NCBI GenBank assembly: GCA_951406725.2
Contig: OX597814.1
Span: 131,750,001-131,814,000, forward strand
Direction of reading: 5' to 3'
From: Octopus vulgaris
Lineage: Eukaryota
Length of the DNA stretch: 64,000 bases
A model generated the notes under the pieces. That model saw only the letters and a list, made by a program, of their open reading frames with translations, made no database searches and was not told the origin of the DNA. This document shows, in pieces, positions 16,760 through 32,841 of this stretch. The first letter of the stretch is position 1. Each line of letters starts with the position of its first letter. The position numbers were made by a program, and so were the translations under genes.

Positions 16760-16859
16760 TCTTGCTCTATATATTTAATACATATGGGGAGCAAGGACTT
16801 GCCAATTTATACCGTGTATAAATTATAATTGTAATATATTATTGCATTCAACGAATAAA
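16760..16859 (+). terminator. Distal 3'UTR stem-loop and poly(A) signal, copy 2
   Basis: Outer stem CTTGCTC...GAGCAAG within 16760-16796 and AATAAA at 16854-16859. Confidence 0.6.
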
Positions 16860-18179
16860 ATATAATGTAAGCATATCTGTTTCTCCTTTTTTATTTTGCT
16901 ATGTATTATATGATTTCCTGAGAAAATATGATTTTTGCATAAAGTATTGGACATTGAAATCCTGGTGTTTTTTATTCTGCGGCTCTTGTTATACCACTTT
17001 TGTATTTTTAGCTTACTTGGTTATTAGTTAGAGGTAAAAGAATTTTGTGAACAGTGCCTGTACTATGCTAACATTATGTCGAGATGAACTCGACATAATG
17101 AGCAGCGAGAGACATATCACTTGCTGTGTTTGTTTCTCTCTGAACATCAGTGCTTTAAAATTATTTAATGGAAGGGTATGCGTAATACCTGTTTAGCGAT
17201 ACAACAAAAAGTACGATGAACTCTTTGGTGCCGCTTGATCATCCCCAGACGAAAATAACTATTTTGCACTTTTGAAATTGTGTAAAGAAATATTTCGAAA
17301 AACTTGTTCAGGAAAACTTTAAAATGCAAATCTAGAATCATCGCGAAAAATGTAATGTAATCACTCTTTATCTGTTCTGAAACAATGATGGCGAAATTGC
17401 ATATCTTGATTTTTACATTTGCATCTAAATTGCAGCGTCTGATTTTCATTGAGATTTCTTGTTAAATTTGTGTACTTCCTCATTAAGCTTGAATGCAGGT
17501 TATTGTAAATGTATCTGACGTTGTTCATATATCATAAAATATAGAAAAGCCTTTTCTTTGTAGATGAAATTTTTCAAATATTTGTATACTCTGCCTTACT
17601 ACGCCAGCCGAAAATTGTTATATCCCTCTTCAAAGAACGACCAGGCAGCTACTGAAAAATTCATCGTTTCCTCTTTTTACACTCTTTATCTTTTAGCATA
17701 AATCAGGTGTTTGAAGCCCATTACTAAACATTTTTCATTAATAATTTATAAATAGTGAGTTCAGATATGAATAAGAGAGAAAAATGTTTAGGAGGTAATT
17801 TTTCCATCGTTTCTCATAGCGAGTGTATTATTAGACACAGCACTTCAGTAACAAGCTCGCTCACGGGCTTTCAACTTTCTAAAGGTGAAGTAAATAAAAA
17901 AAATACCCACCGCCATTGCCGTTGCACTGCCAAACATATACTGTTACGCTTGCAAAATATATTCACAACCCCACGCAATAAATATAGTAGCAAAGGATTC
18001 AGGAGCTGGTGAAGAAACAATACAAAGATTAACGTTAACAGCAGTATCAGTAATAATAGCAACACTAATATGATGAACAAAATCTTATATGCTATACTCA
18101 GTTGGTTCTGGAATTCCCATATTGTCGCATCTGATACCTGAAACAGAGCTTGAACTTTACATGATAGAAGCAAATGTAG

Positions 18180-19410
18180 ATATTTTGATTTTGCAAATGC
18201 TTTTGACAAAGTGGATCATGGTATGATATGCCACAAACTGCCTGATCTCGACATAGCTGGAAAATTTGGAGAATGGTTACATGACTTTCTGAAAGATAGA
18301 AGTCAGGCAGTAGTGGCCAATGGATCCACTTCTATGAACACACAAATGGTGAGCGGTGTTTCACAGAGCACTGTCTTGGGACCACTGCTTTTCATAGTGG
18401 TCCTCTCAGATATACCCCCAACTGCCCAGATAGCCACCCTTGCTAGCTACGCAGACGATGCTGAAGTCTCGCAGAAAATACAGAACCCCAGCGATGTTGC
18501 ACATCTGCAGCAGGAGTTGGACTCAATTTACAGATGAGCTGGGGATAATAATATGCAGGTTAATGCTGAAAAATTCCAAGCCCTGCGCCACCAGCGTTCA
18601 AAACTGAATATGAAACTTACAGGGTACACTGGTTGACAGAGAATTACAATCCAAGAGCCTAAATTAGTGAGGGAATCGGTATCGACATGAGTGATGATAC
18701 CTCTTTCCATCAAGATGGCGACAAAGTGCAGACGACTGGATGGATGGATGGATCCTGAGAACATTCAGAACCAGAGATAAGGAAACCATGATGGTCCTCT
18801 GGAGGACATTCATCCTCAGCCTCCTGGATTACTGCTCCCATCTATGGTCACCCAACAGTGTAAAATTAACAGCGGACCTTGAAGCAATTCAGCGAAGCTT
18901 CACCAAGAAGCTCGTCTCTTTGCAACAGCTTAGCTACTGGGAAAGGTTGAAACAGCTAAGACTCTACTCCCTGGAGCGAAGGCGGGAGAGGTATGCAGTA
19001 ATATACATCTGGAAGATCATGGAAGGAACTGTGCCAAATTTTGGCATTGAAAGCTACACCAATGCCAGAACGGGTCGACATTGCACAGTGCCAAAGGTCC
19101 CAGCAATGCTATCGCGCTTCAGGACCAGTTACTGCAACAGCATGGGTTTCAGGAGACCACAGCTTTTTAATATTCTCCCAAAGAGCCTGAGGAACCTGCG
19201 TAAAGTAGGTGTTTTTAAATTAAGGCTGGACCTCTTCCTGTCGTGAGTCCCAGACTAACCTACCTCACGGCAAGAGGTGCAAATGAGGGCAGCTACATCA
19301 AATTTCATTCTACCCCAAGTGCCACATATTAGAGTAGGATCTCATGAATAACAGTGTAGCAAAACGGTGGTGCTCCATCATGGCCAGAGCTCTGATCTGA
19401 AACTGCAAAA
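18180..19410 (+). mobile_element. 5'-truncated, decayed CR1/L2-group LINE
   Basis: Encodes DFANAFDKVDHG...SGVSQSTVLGPLLF...YADD...LDYCSHLWSP...LYSLERRRER. The 3' end is GGTGGTGCTCCATCATGGCC...CTGAAACTGCAAAA. Confidence 0.85.
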
Positions 19411-19457
19411 AAATTTATATATGTATATATCTATATTTATATCTATATCTATATCTG

Positions 19458-19523
<66 letters not shown>

Positions 19524-20024
19524 ATATATATATTTATATATATATAATTATACATATCTATATATTTATATATATATAATTATACATATCTATATATTTA
19601 TATATATATAATTATACATATCTATACATATCTATATATTTATATATATATAATTATACATATCTATATATTTATATTCATATATTTGATATATATTATA
19701 TATATATTTATATATGTAATTATATATGTATAGTTATATGTGTGTGTATGTATATATGTGTGTATATACATATGCATATATATAGAGAGAGATATACATC
19801 CGTAATGCAAAACAAACATCTCAAGTCATATACGTCATTATGATTGGAAAAATTCAAAATCTTATGGTTGTTTCTGGGATATCCCAGAGTATGGGATATT
19901 CCGTCATCTGAGACAAATAGGAAAAATGAGAAGGATATAGATTAATGAAATGACGACATAGACTGACAGGAGTATAGGAATAAGGAACTGAAGAAAATGA
20001 ATATATATACAGATATATATATAT

Positions 20025-20173
<149 letters not shown>

Positions 20174-20235
20174 TATTCACATATATATATATACATATAT
20201 ATTTACACACACACATATAACATATATATATATAC

Positions 20236-20319
<84 letters not shown>

Positions 20320-20326
20320 AAATATA

Positions 20327-21376
20327 AGTGTGCTGGGCCCACTTCTTTTCATCATTTACATTAATGACATTAAGGACATCATCAAGCACAGCAACATAAA
20401 AATTTTTGCAGATGATTCCAAGCTACAGAAGGTCATAAATGAGGCGAGTGACCGGACATGCCTTCAGTCAGATCTACTGGCTGTTATCCAATGGGCAGAA
20501 AAAAACAATATGCTGCTGAACGAGGATAAATTTGAGTTAATCCACTTTGGAAAAGAGGATGCCCTGAAACTCCCATACTCCCTTCCTTCAGGTGAAACTC
20601 TCGCGGCGTCCAACAACATCAGAGACTTGGGAGTAATTGTGGACAACAACATAAGCTGGGCCACTCGTATAAACACCAAAGTTGACATGGCCCGCAGAAT
20701 GAGTTCCTGGATTCTCAGAACTTTCCAGTCAAGAGATATCCACACCATTATCCTTCTCTTCTCCACTTTTGCCCGACCCCACCTTGAATACTGTTGTCCA
20801 CTGTGGTCTCCCCACACAATACAAGGTATCATAAAAGTTGAAGCACCTCAAAGGGCAATCACAAAAAAGATAGATGGCATGACAGGCCTCGACTATTGGG
20901 GTCGACTAGAAAAGCTAAAACTTTATTCTCTCCAACGTCGTCGTGAGCGCTACATCATCTGCATGATGTGGAAAATATTCCATCAGCATTGCCCAAATGA
21001 TGTTGGCATCACCTTTAAGGTACATCCAAGGCTTGGGCCCCGTGCCATCCGCCCAAAACAAAAATCGCACTCTCATCTCATAACAACAATACGGCACAAT
21101 TATTTCACTTCAATTGGCCCCGCTCTCTTTAACCAAAACACATTAAAACAGAAACTGACCCTATAGGGTTCAAGAAGTCTTTGGACAGATTCCTTCAAGA
21201 AATCCCGGATAAACCCCCTACACCCGGATATGTCTCTGTAAACAATAACTCTCTACTTGAGTGGGCCATAGTGCCCAAATTCTGACTTGAAAGACTTCAC
21301 CAGGTGGTGCTATTAAGTTGGACATGGCCTGGGCTAATAATGGCCGAAACCTATCAAAGTATCAAAGTATCAAAGT
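20327..21376 (+). mobile_element. 5'-truncated CR1-group LINE, younger copy
   Basis: Open frame [14 protein letters not shown]...FADDSK...[13 protein letters not shown]...[10 protein letters not shown]. The tail consists of tandem TATCAAAG units (21352-21376), and the element sits within (TA)n. Confidence 0.88.
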
Positions 21377-21399
21377 ATATATGTATATATATATATATG

Positions 21400-21610
<211 letters not shown>

Positions 21611-21620
21611 AGATAGATAT

Positions 21621-22252
<632 letters not shown>

Positions 22253-23027
22253 CTTTGACAAATACAAATCCCTGACCAGATCATTAAATTCATGACATTT
22301 CCGACCACAACTGACATCAATATCATTAACATTATGAATACAAAGAAGTTGCTTTTATTTTATGACGATCCTTTGCCTCTTCTGAGGTAAGAGAAGCGGA
22401 AATAAATATAGGCATTTACGATAGAACTGTGACTTGGATTTTAACATCTCATACACACAGGAAATAAAACAGGATCAACTAGTGCATGGTTAATATTGCT
22501 ATAAAATTATATGAACAATATAAAAAACCCAGAAAATACAAACGCCCATTTAACATTATATTTTTAAAAAAAATGATTTAATGGATTTGATTTTGCAATA
22601 AACGAAAATCCGAAAACTTAAATTTCCTCGATAACTGAAAAGCTAAAATGGAGATAAAATATATAAAACAGTAAATTGCCGTGTACATTAAGCATGGCGC
22701 GAATCTCAATCAAGAATTTCTATTATGGAAAATAATTTAGAGAAAAATATAATGTATTTATTCATTCTTAATACCTTCTAGTAGATTGGAACAGGAATAT
22801 CTAAACGCCGTTGTGTTTCGTCATCGGAAACATCTCACTTTATAATATGTGTGTTCGTTCACAACAGTCACAATTCACCGGTGTAAGGGACTTTGTGATT
22901 CCGCACAGTTTTGGGATCGTGTTGTGCGAAAACTATCCTGCTTGATCAATAAATCTGTCAAGTAAATCTGTCTATAAGAATCAGCAATTTATATGCTGAC
23001 GCATGCTGAAATCTACCAAGCAAATAA

Positions 23028-23657
23028 CACTCGTTAACAAAATAGTGTATTCTCTGGCGTTAAATCTTAAAATTGTTTTAGACTAATTTTGGGGTGCTGA
23101 TTGTAAAACTGACATCAGATTTGCCCTACCACATCAAATTTTTATGTCACTGGTATATAACTTAACTTACTTGGATTACACCAAAAATTAACTTTACAAC
23201 ATATTGTGGTGTTAGTTATGATTGGATTGCAATATTAATTTTGAATAATGTGTTGAAGCAGAATTTTGCTTAAAAATCATTTCACTCCTTTTCAGATGTG
23301 AAGTGAACTACTGTGATATAATTATGGATACAACATAAAAAAAGAGAAGTGGTATAATAACCCCGATATCTTCTGTTTCATATGTGGAAAATTTACACCA
23401 GAGGCTCAAAGGCGCAACGTTAATAACTTTGCCGTGAAGATGTATCTTACCTAATTTAAAGTTGGTACTTGGAGTCCAAGACAAACCTGGGCTCCCTACA
23501 AAGTTTGAAGAAGCTGTGTCGAACCTTTGCGCTCATAGTCTAAAGGAAAGAATGCGAAGCTCAAGTTTGGTTTGCCAATGGTTTGGAGAGAACCAGCAAT
23601 CCATGTGGATAACTCATATTGCCGCCTTGTTAAAGTAAAATGGTTCAATACGGAAAC
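23028..23657 (+). mobile_element. 5' part of a decayed DNA transposon, probably Chapaev3-like (CMC)
   Basis: Begins CACTCGTTAACAAAA, with subterminal GGGGTGCTGATTGTAAAACTGACATCAGATTTGCCCTA. The pseudo-ORF reads NNPDIFCFICGKF...WAPYKV*RSCVEPLR...KFGLPMVWREPAIH, a Cys/His-rich transposase N-terminus. The family call is from memory. Confidence 0.5.
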
Positions 23658-26600
23658 CAATTCTGGACCATGGAATATCGGTTTTGGGCCAAGGCTGAAA
23701 ATTCATAAGTGGTGATTTCTGCTGCCAGGGCATCTCTGCAGGATTTTGTCGACTTCTCGATATCTAGATACATTTTTGGCCAGTAAGCATAACTCCTCAA
23801 AAGCGACTTCATTCTAGAAATTCCTGGATGTTTAGACTGGAATTCCTTTAACATTTGACCTTGTTGTGAGGTAAGCATTACGACCCTCTGTGCATGCATA
23901 AGCATATTATTACATATCGAATACAAATTGGAAACTGTGTTATGTCCAGCCACAGGTATTTTTGTATTTGTTTCTTCTGATCACTATTTTTTTCATTTTT
24001 ATGATAAACTCGTCCGTCTCTGCCTTAATTTTTACTTCCTCTAATGACACAGGTAATACACACACAACATTGCACGATACATTTTTTTTGTCAACAGCTC
24101 TATCGTTCCATCACTGCTTATATCTTTTTGAGATATTTAGAAATTTAATATTTCTATTTTTGGTGATCAGTGAATTTACTTCACTGAAATTATATATATA
24201 TGTATATTTTTATAAAGTCTAGACAGGTATCTTCAGCTAGCAGGCCATGCTACTCCAGACTGATGACGAGCAAAGACTCATAAAAATGTCTCTGGATGCA
24301 GGCTTAGCTGGATGGGGGTGCTTGTCTCCCCTTTGTAAACACAGGGATACAAGAAATGTGTTAAGGCCGACAGGAAGCGTTGATGCTTCCTAGGGCTAAA
24401 TAGCGGTGGTGTGATTCCCTTTATGGGACTGTTACGTTAAGTTAACAGTATACAACTGCTCTTTTTTTATTTCATTTTAACGCCGCTATCACTATGTCTT
24501 CTTATGGTTCACAGTACTTTGGTATTAATCTTGACAAACCATCCGCATGTCGCAATATTTTCGATGGCAAATACTCCATCTTGAACTCGTAATTCAGGTG
24601 GATCGTTCCCCAGCGCTGCAATCTGTTGGCTGCTAAGACGTTTTTAATTACTTCAAAGGCTTTTTAGCATTTTTCCGACCAGTTCCACTTATCGTCTTTT
24701 TTTAACAAGTTATTCAGGAGTGGTCTTAAACCCTGCATATTCAGTATGTATACTTGGGAGTAATTTACAAGCCCCTAAATTGCTTGTAAAGTTTTAATGT
24801 TTGTTGGGGGAGGCATATTTTGTATTGCACTCGCCCTAGACGGGTCTGGTCTGCATCCATTTTTATCAATAATCTGCCCAAGATATTTTATTCTTTGCAT
24901 AAAAATTTCACAGGTTTCCAGGTTGAGCTTAAGACCATACTTTTTTATTGTTTTATTGGAAGACCTTTTTAACCTGCTCAGCAGGTTGACCTCGAGATTC
25001 ACTTTTTATGAAGAATGTTGTCAAGGTAAGTTACAGCGAAATCCGAACCTGCGAGATGTCCATTATTTGTTGGAAAATGCCAGGTGCTACCTTTATACTA
25101 AAGGGGAGTTAATTAAATTTATACAACCCTTTATGAGTATTTATTGTCAAATATGCTTCAGATAGGTTCAAGTTTGAAAAAAGAATTTCTCCATTCAACT
25201 TCGCGAAAATTTCCCCCGGACGTGGCATCAGACATTGGTCTAATCCCGTTGGTAAATCAACAGACACACGGATTTTATTATTTTTTTTGTCATTAACTGT
25301 TGGGGCGCCTATTTTGAGTAATCAATTTTTTCAGTAACGCCAAGCTTTCGATGTCTATTCAATTCTTCGTTGATTTGTTTCTTTTTGGTTTAAATAGAGG
25401 TATAGCGAGGTATGGAGCAAAGACCCAGTTCTTCAGAAAAAATTTCAGGAAAAATTTGTTTTAATTCTTTTTTTTTTAATCCTCCGACACCTTATTTGTA
25501 CTGGTTCACATTTTTACAAAAAAAAAAAATATTTATGGATAGGTCCCATAAGTTAAATAGTTCCATCCAGCCTGTTCCAAATAAACTTAATGCATTTTTC
25601 GACACTAAAATTTAGGCTTTCAAAGTTTTCTACGAAATGTAACATCACTTATTATTTTGCACATAAAATGCAATTTTTTTTCCTGAAACACCTCGCGTAA
25701 TTTTCCTTTAATCTAGGTTTCCCTATTTTTCTCCATGTATCTGTATTAATTATCGTGATGTCACAGCCTGTATATAATTGTAACTTGATATTTACATTAT
25801 TCATTTCTATGGAGACACATTTTATTTTCTGTGTCGCGCTTACATTTTTTTTTAACAATACATTCTTTCTAGAATTTTTTTGTTAGACCCATTTTTAGTT
25901 TCGCCATACAATGTGAGATTTTATGTCCAGTTTATTTTTAAATGTAAACCTCTACAATCATAGTGTAGATTTGGTCTTGACCTTCGTTTTCCTTTTTTCT
26001 TATCCGTTTGAAGTCGACATGCATGTGTCTTCAATTTTATCCGCGTCATTTCTCAAATATATAATCCTCTGTAGAGTAAATTTTTGGCCCTGTTCTAATT
26101 TTGTTAATATACAGGAACGTATATCAGCATCTGTTCTTGTTGTTAACCCTTGAACAAAACTTAGACATTTGAACAAATCTGGGGTTAATTAATTTGATTT
26201 GAATTTTTCATTCTCTTTTAACGGCCACAATATAGAGGGCTAACTCTTCATTATCATTTTTAACTAAATTTAGATATTGCCAACGAGTAATGAACAAGGA
26301 ACTTCTTTCGCTGAAAATTCTCGATAACAAATTAACTGTTTCATCGGAACAAATCTCACCTGGTTTTCTCGGCAGAATAGAGTAACAGTATTTTTCGTGT
26401 TCGGCAGGGGCTAACTTTCTTAAAAGTAGTCTACCTTCTCATCATTCCAATTTTTACATTCTTCTTTGAAGATCTCTTCGTATCTTCTAAAATATGCAGA
26501 AAAAAAGTATTATCTTCTTTCTGGGTTATAAATAAATTCTCCAGTTGAATTTGCTATGCTGCCTGACGAGAACGAACCTGAAGTATTTTCAGATTTCTTC

Positions 26601-27220
26601 AACACTACTTTCAGTAATCCTTGGTATCGTTGATTTTGCTGTTGTTGTAACTGCTGTTGTTGCTGTAGTAGTTGTTGTTGTAACTACTGTTCTTATTTCT
26701 TTACTACCCACAAGGGGCTAAACATAAAGAGGACAAACAAGGACAGACAAACGGATTAAGTCGATTACATCGATCCCAGTGCGTAACTGGTACTTAATTT
26801 ATCGACCCCGAAAGGATGAAAGGCAAAGTCGACCTCGGCGGAATTTGAACTCAGAACGTAACGGCAGACGAAATACTTATTTCTTTACTACCCACAAGGG
26901 TCTAAACACAGAGAGGACAAACAAGGACAGACAAACGGATTAAGTCGATTATATCGACCCCAGTGCGTAACTGGTACTCATTTAATCGACACCGAAAGGA
27001 TGAAAGGCAAAGTCGACCTCGGCGGAATTTGAACCCAGAACGTAGCGGCAGCCGAAATACTGCTAAGTATTTCGCCCGGCGTGCTAACGTTTCTGCCAGC
27101 TCGCCCACCTTGCTTGTAACCACTGTTCTTGTCGTCATTGTTGCTGTTGAAGCTGTACCACGCGAGCCAACAAATCGTCCATGTTAATGATTTTTGTTTT
27201 GTGGGGTTTCGTACCAAAAA
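23658..27220 (-). mobile_element. Decayed Ty3/Gypsy LTR retrotransposon, internal region
   Basis: Minus-strand order: gag-like region with polyQ (~27200-26100), protease LQLYTGCDITII (25858-25652), RT IKYLGQIIDKNGCRPDP (25002-24775) and integrase zinc finger HPGISRMKSLLRSYAYWP (23953-23658). Confidence 0.85.
26695..27113 (-). mobile_element. tRNA-derived SINE with an internally duplicated 3' part and 17-bp TSD
   Basis: Minus-strand head GGCGAGCTGGCAGAAACG...GGGTTCAAATTCC has A and B boxes. The ~184-bp body and tail occur twice. The TSD TTGTAACYACTGTTCTT lies at 26678-26694 and 27114-27130. Confidence 0.85.
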
Positions 27221-27920
27221 CTATTTCAGCGTCCGACGCAAGCTTCGAAGATTTCGTCTCCACTTTTATATCATTGACACACTTTGGATATATAAAATTC
27301 CACAGCGGACGTTTAATCAATGTATTCACACGACATACTTTGCGAGACTAAACAAACACTCTCCCTTTTTCAAACCTTATTGGGTTCTCATCAGAGCCAT
27401 CCACATCATTCTGACAGTCTCAATAAACGCTCTCCCGCTCGTCTCTCATCAACCTCTAGACATTATAAGAGTTCGATTAATTCATTCTTCCAATCACCCG
27501 GGGATGTCAATGACTCTCGCCACAATAGATAGACAAAATCTGAAGCCAGTTTTGGACTCAATACCCTTAAATTATCTAAAAACCATTGATAAATCTTGTA
27601 GCAGAAAACATACTGTCGGGTGTAATAATTCTGGAGTGCACACAGATCAGTGAGAATCCAAATAAAAACATATTCTACGTTAACGAAAATTAACAGCGAT
27701 TAAGAATGTGCAAAGAATGGATAGATAAATTATTGCTAAGATCCTAGCTTTTGTGCATGCACCCCATAGAGTAGGAAATATTTTTGGAAATTAAGAGATA
27801 AAATATTTGTAATCTCCGCTGTTAGAGCATTGCTTGTTACACTTATTTAGGTATTACTCAATTTTGCAGTTACGTCGAGTCATAATCCTTCGTACCGTTT
27901 ATATATTTGTAAATTAATGA

Positions 27921-28185
27921 AATAAAATAAAAATAAATGCGCCCTTTTAAAGCCTAGCCAGGCCCATGGGCCCGGTTTCTCAGTTTCTATGGCCTATGTG
28001 TTCCCCAGCTGGACGGGACGCCAGTCCATCGCAGCGTTACTCATTTTTGCCAGCTGAGTGGACTGGAGCAACGTGAAATGAAGTGTTTTGCTCAAGAACA
28101 CTGCGTATCGCCCGGTCCAGAAATCGAAACCACAATCTTACGATCATGATGCTGACACTCTAACCACTAAGCCACGCGCCTCCAC
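27921..28185 (-). mobile_element. tRNA-derived SINE with 10-bp TSD
   Basis: Minus-strand head GTGGAGGCGCGTGGCTTAGTGG...GGTTTCGATT. The TSD AAATTAATGA lies at 27911-27920 and 28186-28195. Confidence 0.85.
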
Positions 28186-28764
28186 AAATTAATGACATAG
28201 TGATGTAAATTTCGTGATGACAGTACAAGGTATATTAAGTGATAAACCTGCGACGTTATATATGTTTAAAATTCTGATTGTGTAGTTGCTCTGAAACATT
28301 TGGAGAGAGTAATCTAAGAGGCAGAAAATTTTCTTTGAAGGAATTATATAGCATAGTCAAACTTACTATATAAAATAATATTTGAAATCATTATCGTTGT
28401 TTATTCCAATATTTATTACAGATACGTACAGTTATGATACAAATAGAATCGACGTACGCTTAAAGTAGATTTCTCTCTGCACAACAGTGATAGAACAAAA
28501 ATTTATAATACTATGTTAAAATAAAACAAAGCAGGCGAAACAGCATATATCACAGTTTAGATGACTCTGTATCATTGAGATCTAAAATAACACCGACTAG
28601 ATCGTGCCAAGATAGTAGTGAAATTCTATAAATTCTTAAAAAACACTACACAAAGTCCGGATTACTTATACAACCGGATGAAAGCTCTTCCGTAAAGTTT
28701 GGAGTTCTACAACTTGATATTTTTAAATCAAATATTTTGTTATTGTATTATGAACAACAATATA

Positions 28765-28832
28765 TGGAAATCCCATAAGTGATTTTCACAACGGTATATA
28801 TTCAGCAAAATTCAAGACAGTCGATGTCATTT
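28765..28832 (+). promoter_or_regulatory. Core promoter of IL-17 copy 3
   Basis: TGGAAATCCC at 28765-28774, TATATA at 28795 and TCATTT at 28827-28832. Confidence 0.6.
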
Positions 28833-28955
28833 AGAAGCGCCTCATATTAAGAAACGACTAAAAATCTTGCTTCCGTACTCCTCTCATCTTGATTCTGTAC
28901 TGCTTTCATCGTGCTTTCTAATTCAAAAACAACAAACATTACAGAGATAATAACG

Positions 28956-31307
<2,352 letters not shown>

Positions 31308-31327
31308 AAATCGACTAAACAGTTCAC

Positions 31328-31387
31328 TGCGTGTCACGCAAAAGTTATTCAGTGTCATGAAACGTCAAGTTGACCACCGTGTGGTTA
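31328..31387 (+). promoter_or_regulatory. Proximal 3'UTR hairpins of copy 3
   Basis: TGCGT-GTC-ACGCA (31328-31340) and TGACCAC-CGT-GTGGTTA (31371-31387). Confidence 0.6.
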
Positions 31388-31665
31388 TTATTTTGAGTCT
31401 CCTTATTTTGTTTTTGCTTTCTTGTTTTTATGTTCATCTGTGTGTAATTTTATCTTGCTACCTTGGACATTTCAATTATCAATGATATCATATGTATATG
31501 AGTCTCATGAACCGATATGCATCTAACCGAAATTACGCATGAATTCGCGAATTGGAGGCTAAGAGTCACACGGCCAAGGGAGTAAAAACGTGCATATGTG
31601 CGTACGTTTGTATATATGCAGACAGTCATTTGTATATATTTTATTATATTATATTCCAGTACGTG

Positions 31666-31718
<53 letters not shown>

Positions 31719-31744
31719 GTATGTGTATATGTATATATATGTGC

Positions 31745-31775
<31 letters not shown>

Positions 31776-31918
31776 CATATATGTGTATATATATGTATGT
31801 TTGTATGTATCTATCTGTCTATCTATACACACACACACACATATATATACATATATACACATATATTTATATATTTATTTATATATACACATATACATAG
31901 GCGTATGTATGTGCATGC

Positions 31919-31971
<53 letters not shown>

Positions 31972-32162
31972 TTCATACATACATACATACATACATACAT
32001 ACACACATATATATATACACGTGTCCATACAGTAATGTACGCATTTGTACATGCGTTTGTATATAGCGTGAAAGGAATCCTATGACGGATATCTCTTATG
32101 TGTTTAAATGTACATTGTATTTATATACATATATGTATATATATGTGTGTGTGTGTGTGTGC

Positions 32163-32193
<31 letters not shown>

Positions 32194-32694
32194 TGTTTGT
32201 GTGTGTGTATGTGTGTGTGTGTGTATGTGTGTATGTATTTCACCTTGCTCCAGTCCACTCACCTGGCAAAAATGAGTAATCCTGCGACGTCCCATCTAGG
32301 CCCACACAAGTCTGGTATGGCTCGAGAAGGAAATTTTTTTGTGTGTTTATATACATACATACATACATGTATATATTTATACATTTAACTTATATACATA
32401 CATACTTTTATATATGTACATATATATATTCATCTATGTACATGCACTCAGCAAACAACACATGTTTAAAGTAGCTGTACATACTGAATAAATTTAAATT
32501 AGTTACAGAAATATTTACTCACATATATTGTTCCCTATAAAATATTTATAGTCCATATACATTTTCAATATGCAATATACAATTAATTTTATAAATTGTA
32601 CAGAATTTCATATATTTTTATAATATGTTTGTAAATAAGAATTTTAAATATTTTTATAAGAATTTATTTCCCAATAACATTGTGTTTAATATAA

Positions 32695-32794
32695 TCTTGC
32701 TCCATATATTTCATGAATATAGGGAACAAGAACTGACCAGTTTATACCGTGTATAAATTATAATTGTAATATAAAATTGCATTCAACTAATAAA
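32695..32794 (+). terminator. Distal 3'UTR stem-loop and poly(A) signal, copy 3
   Basis: TCTTGCTCCATATATTT-CAT-GAATATAGGGAACAAGA (32695-32731) and AATAAA at 32789-32794. Confidence 0.6.
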
Positions 32795-32841
32795 ATATAA
32801 TGTAAGCACATCTGTTTCACCTTTGTTATTAAAAAAAAAAA

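Noticed and set aside
19535-19675. ~32-bp tandem repeat resembling a CRISPR array
   Set aside because: It is an AT-rich minisatellite derived from (TA)n, with no unique spacers and no cas genes, in a eukaryotic context.
27220-27720. 5' LTR of the Gypsy element
   Set aside because: The position next to a TGG PBS-like motif is plausible, but there is no second LTR or clear TG...CA termini to confirm it.
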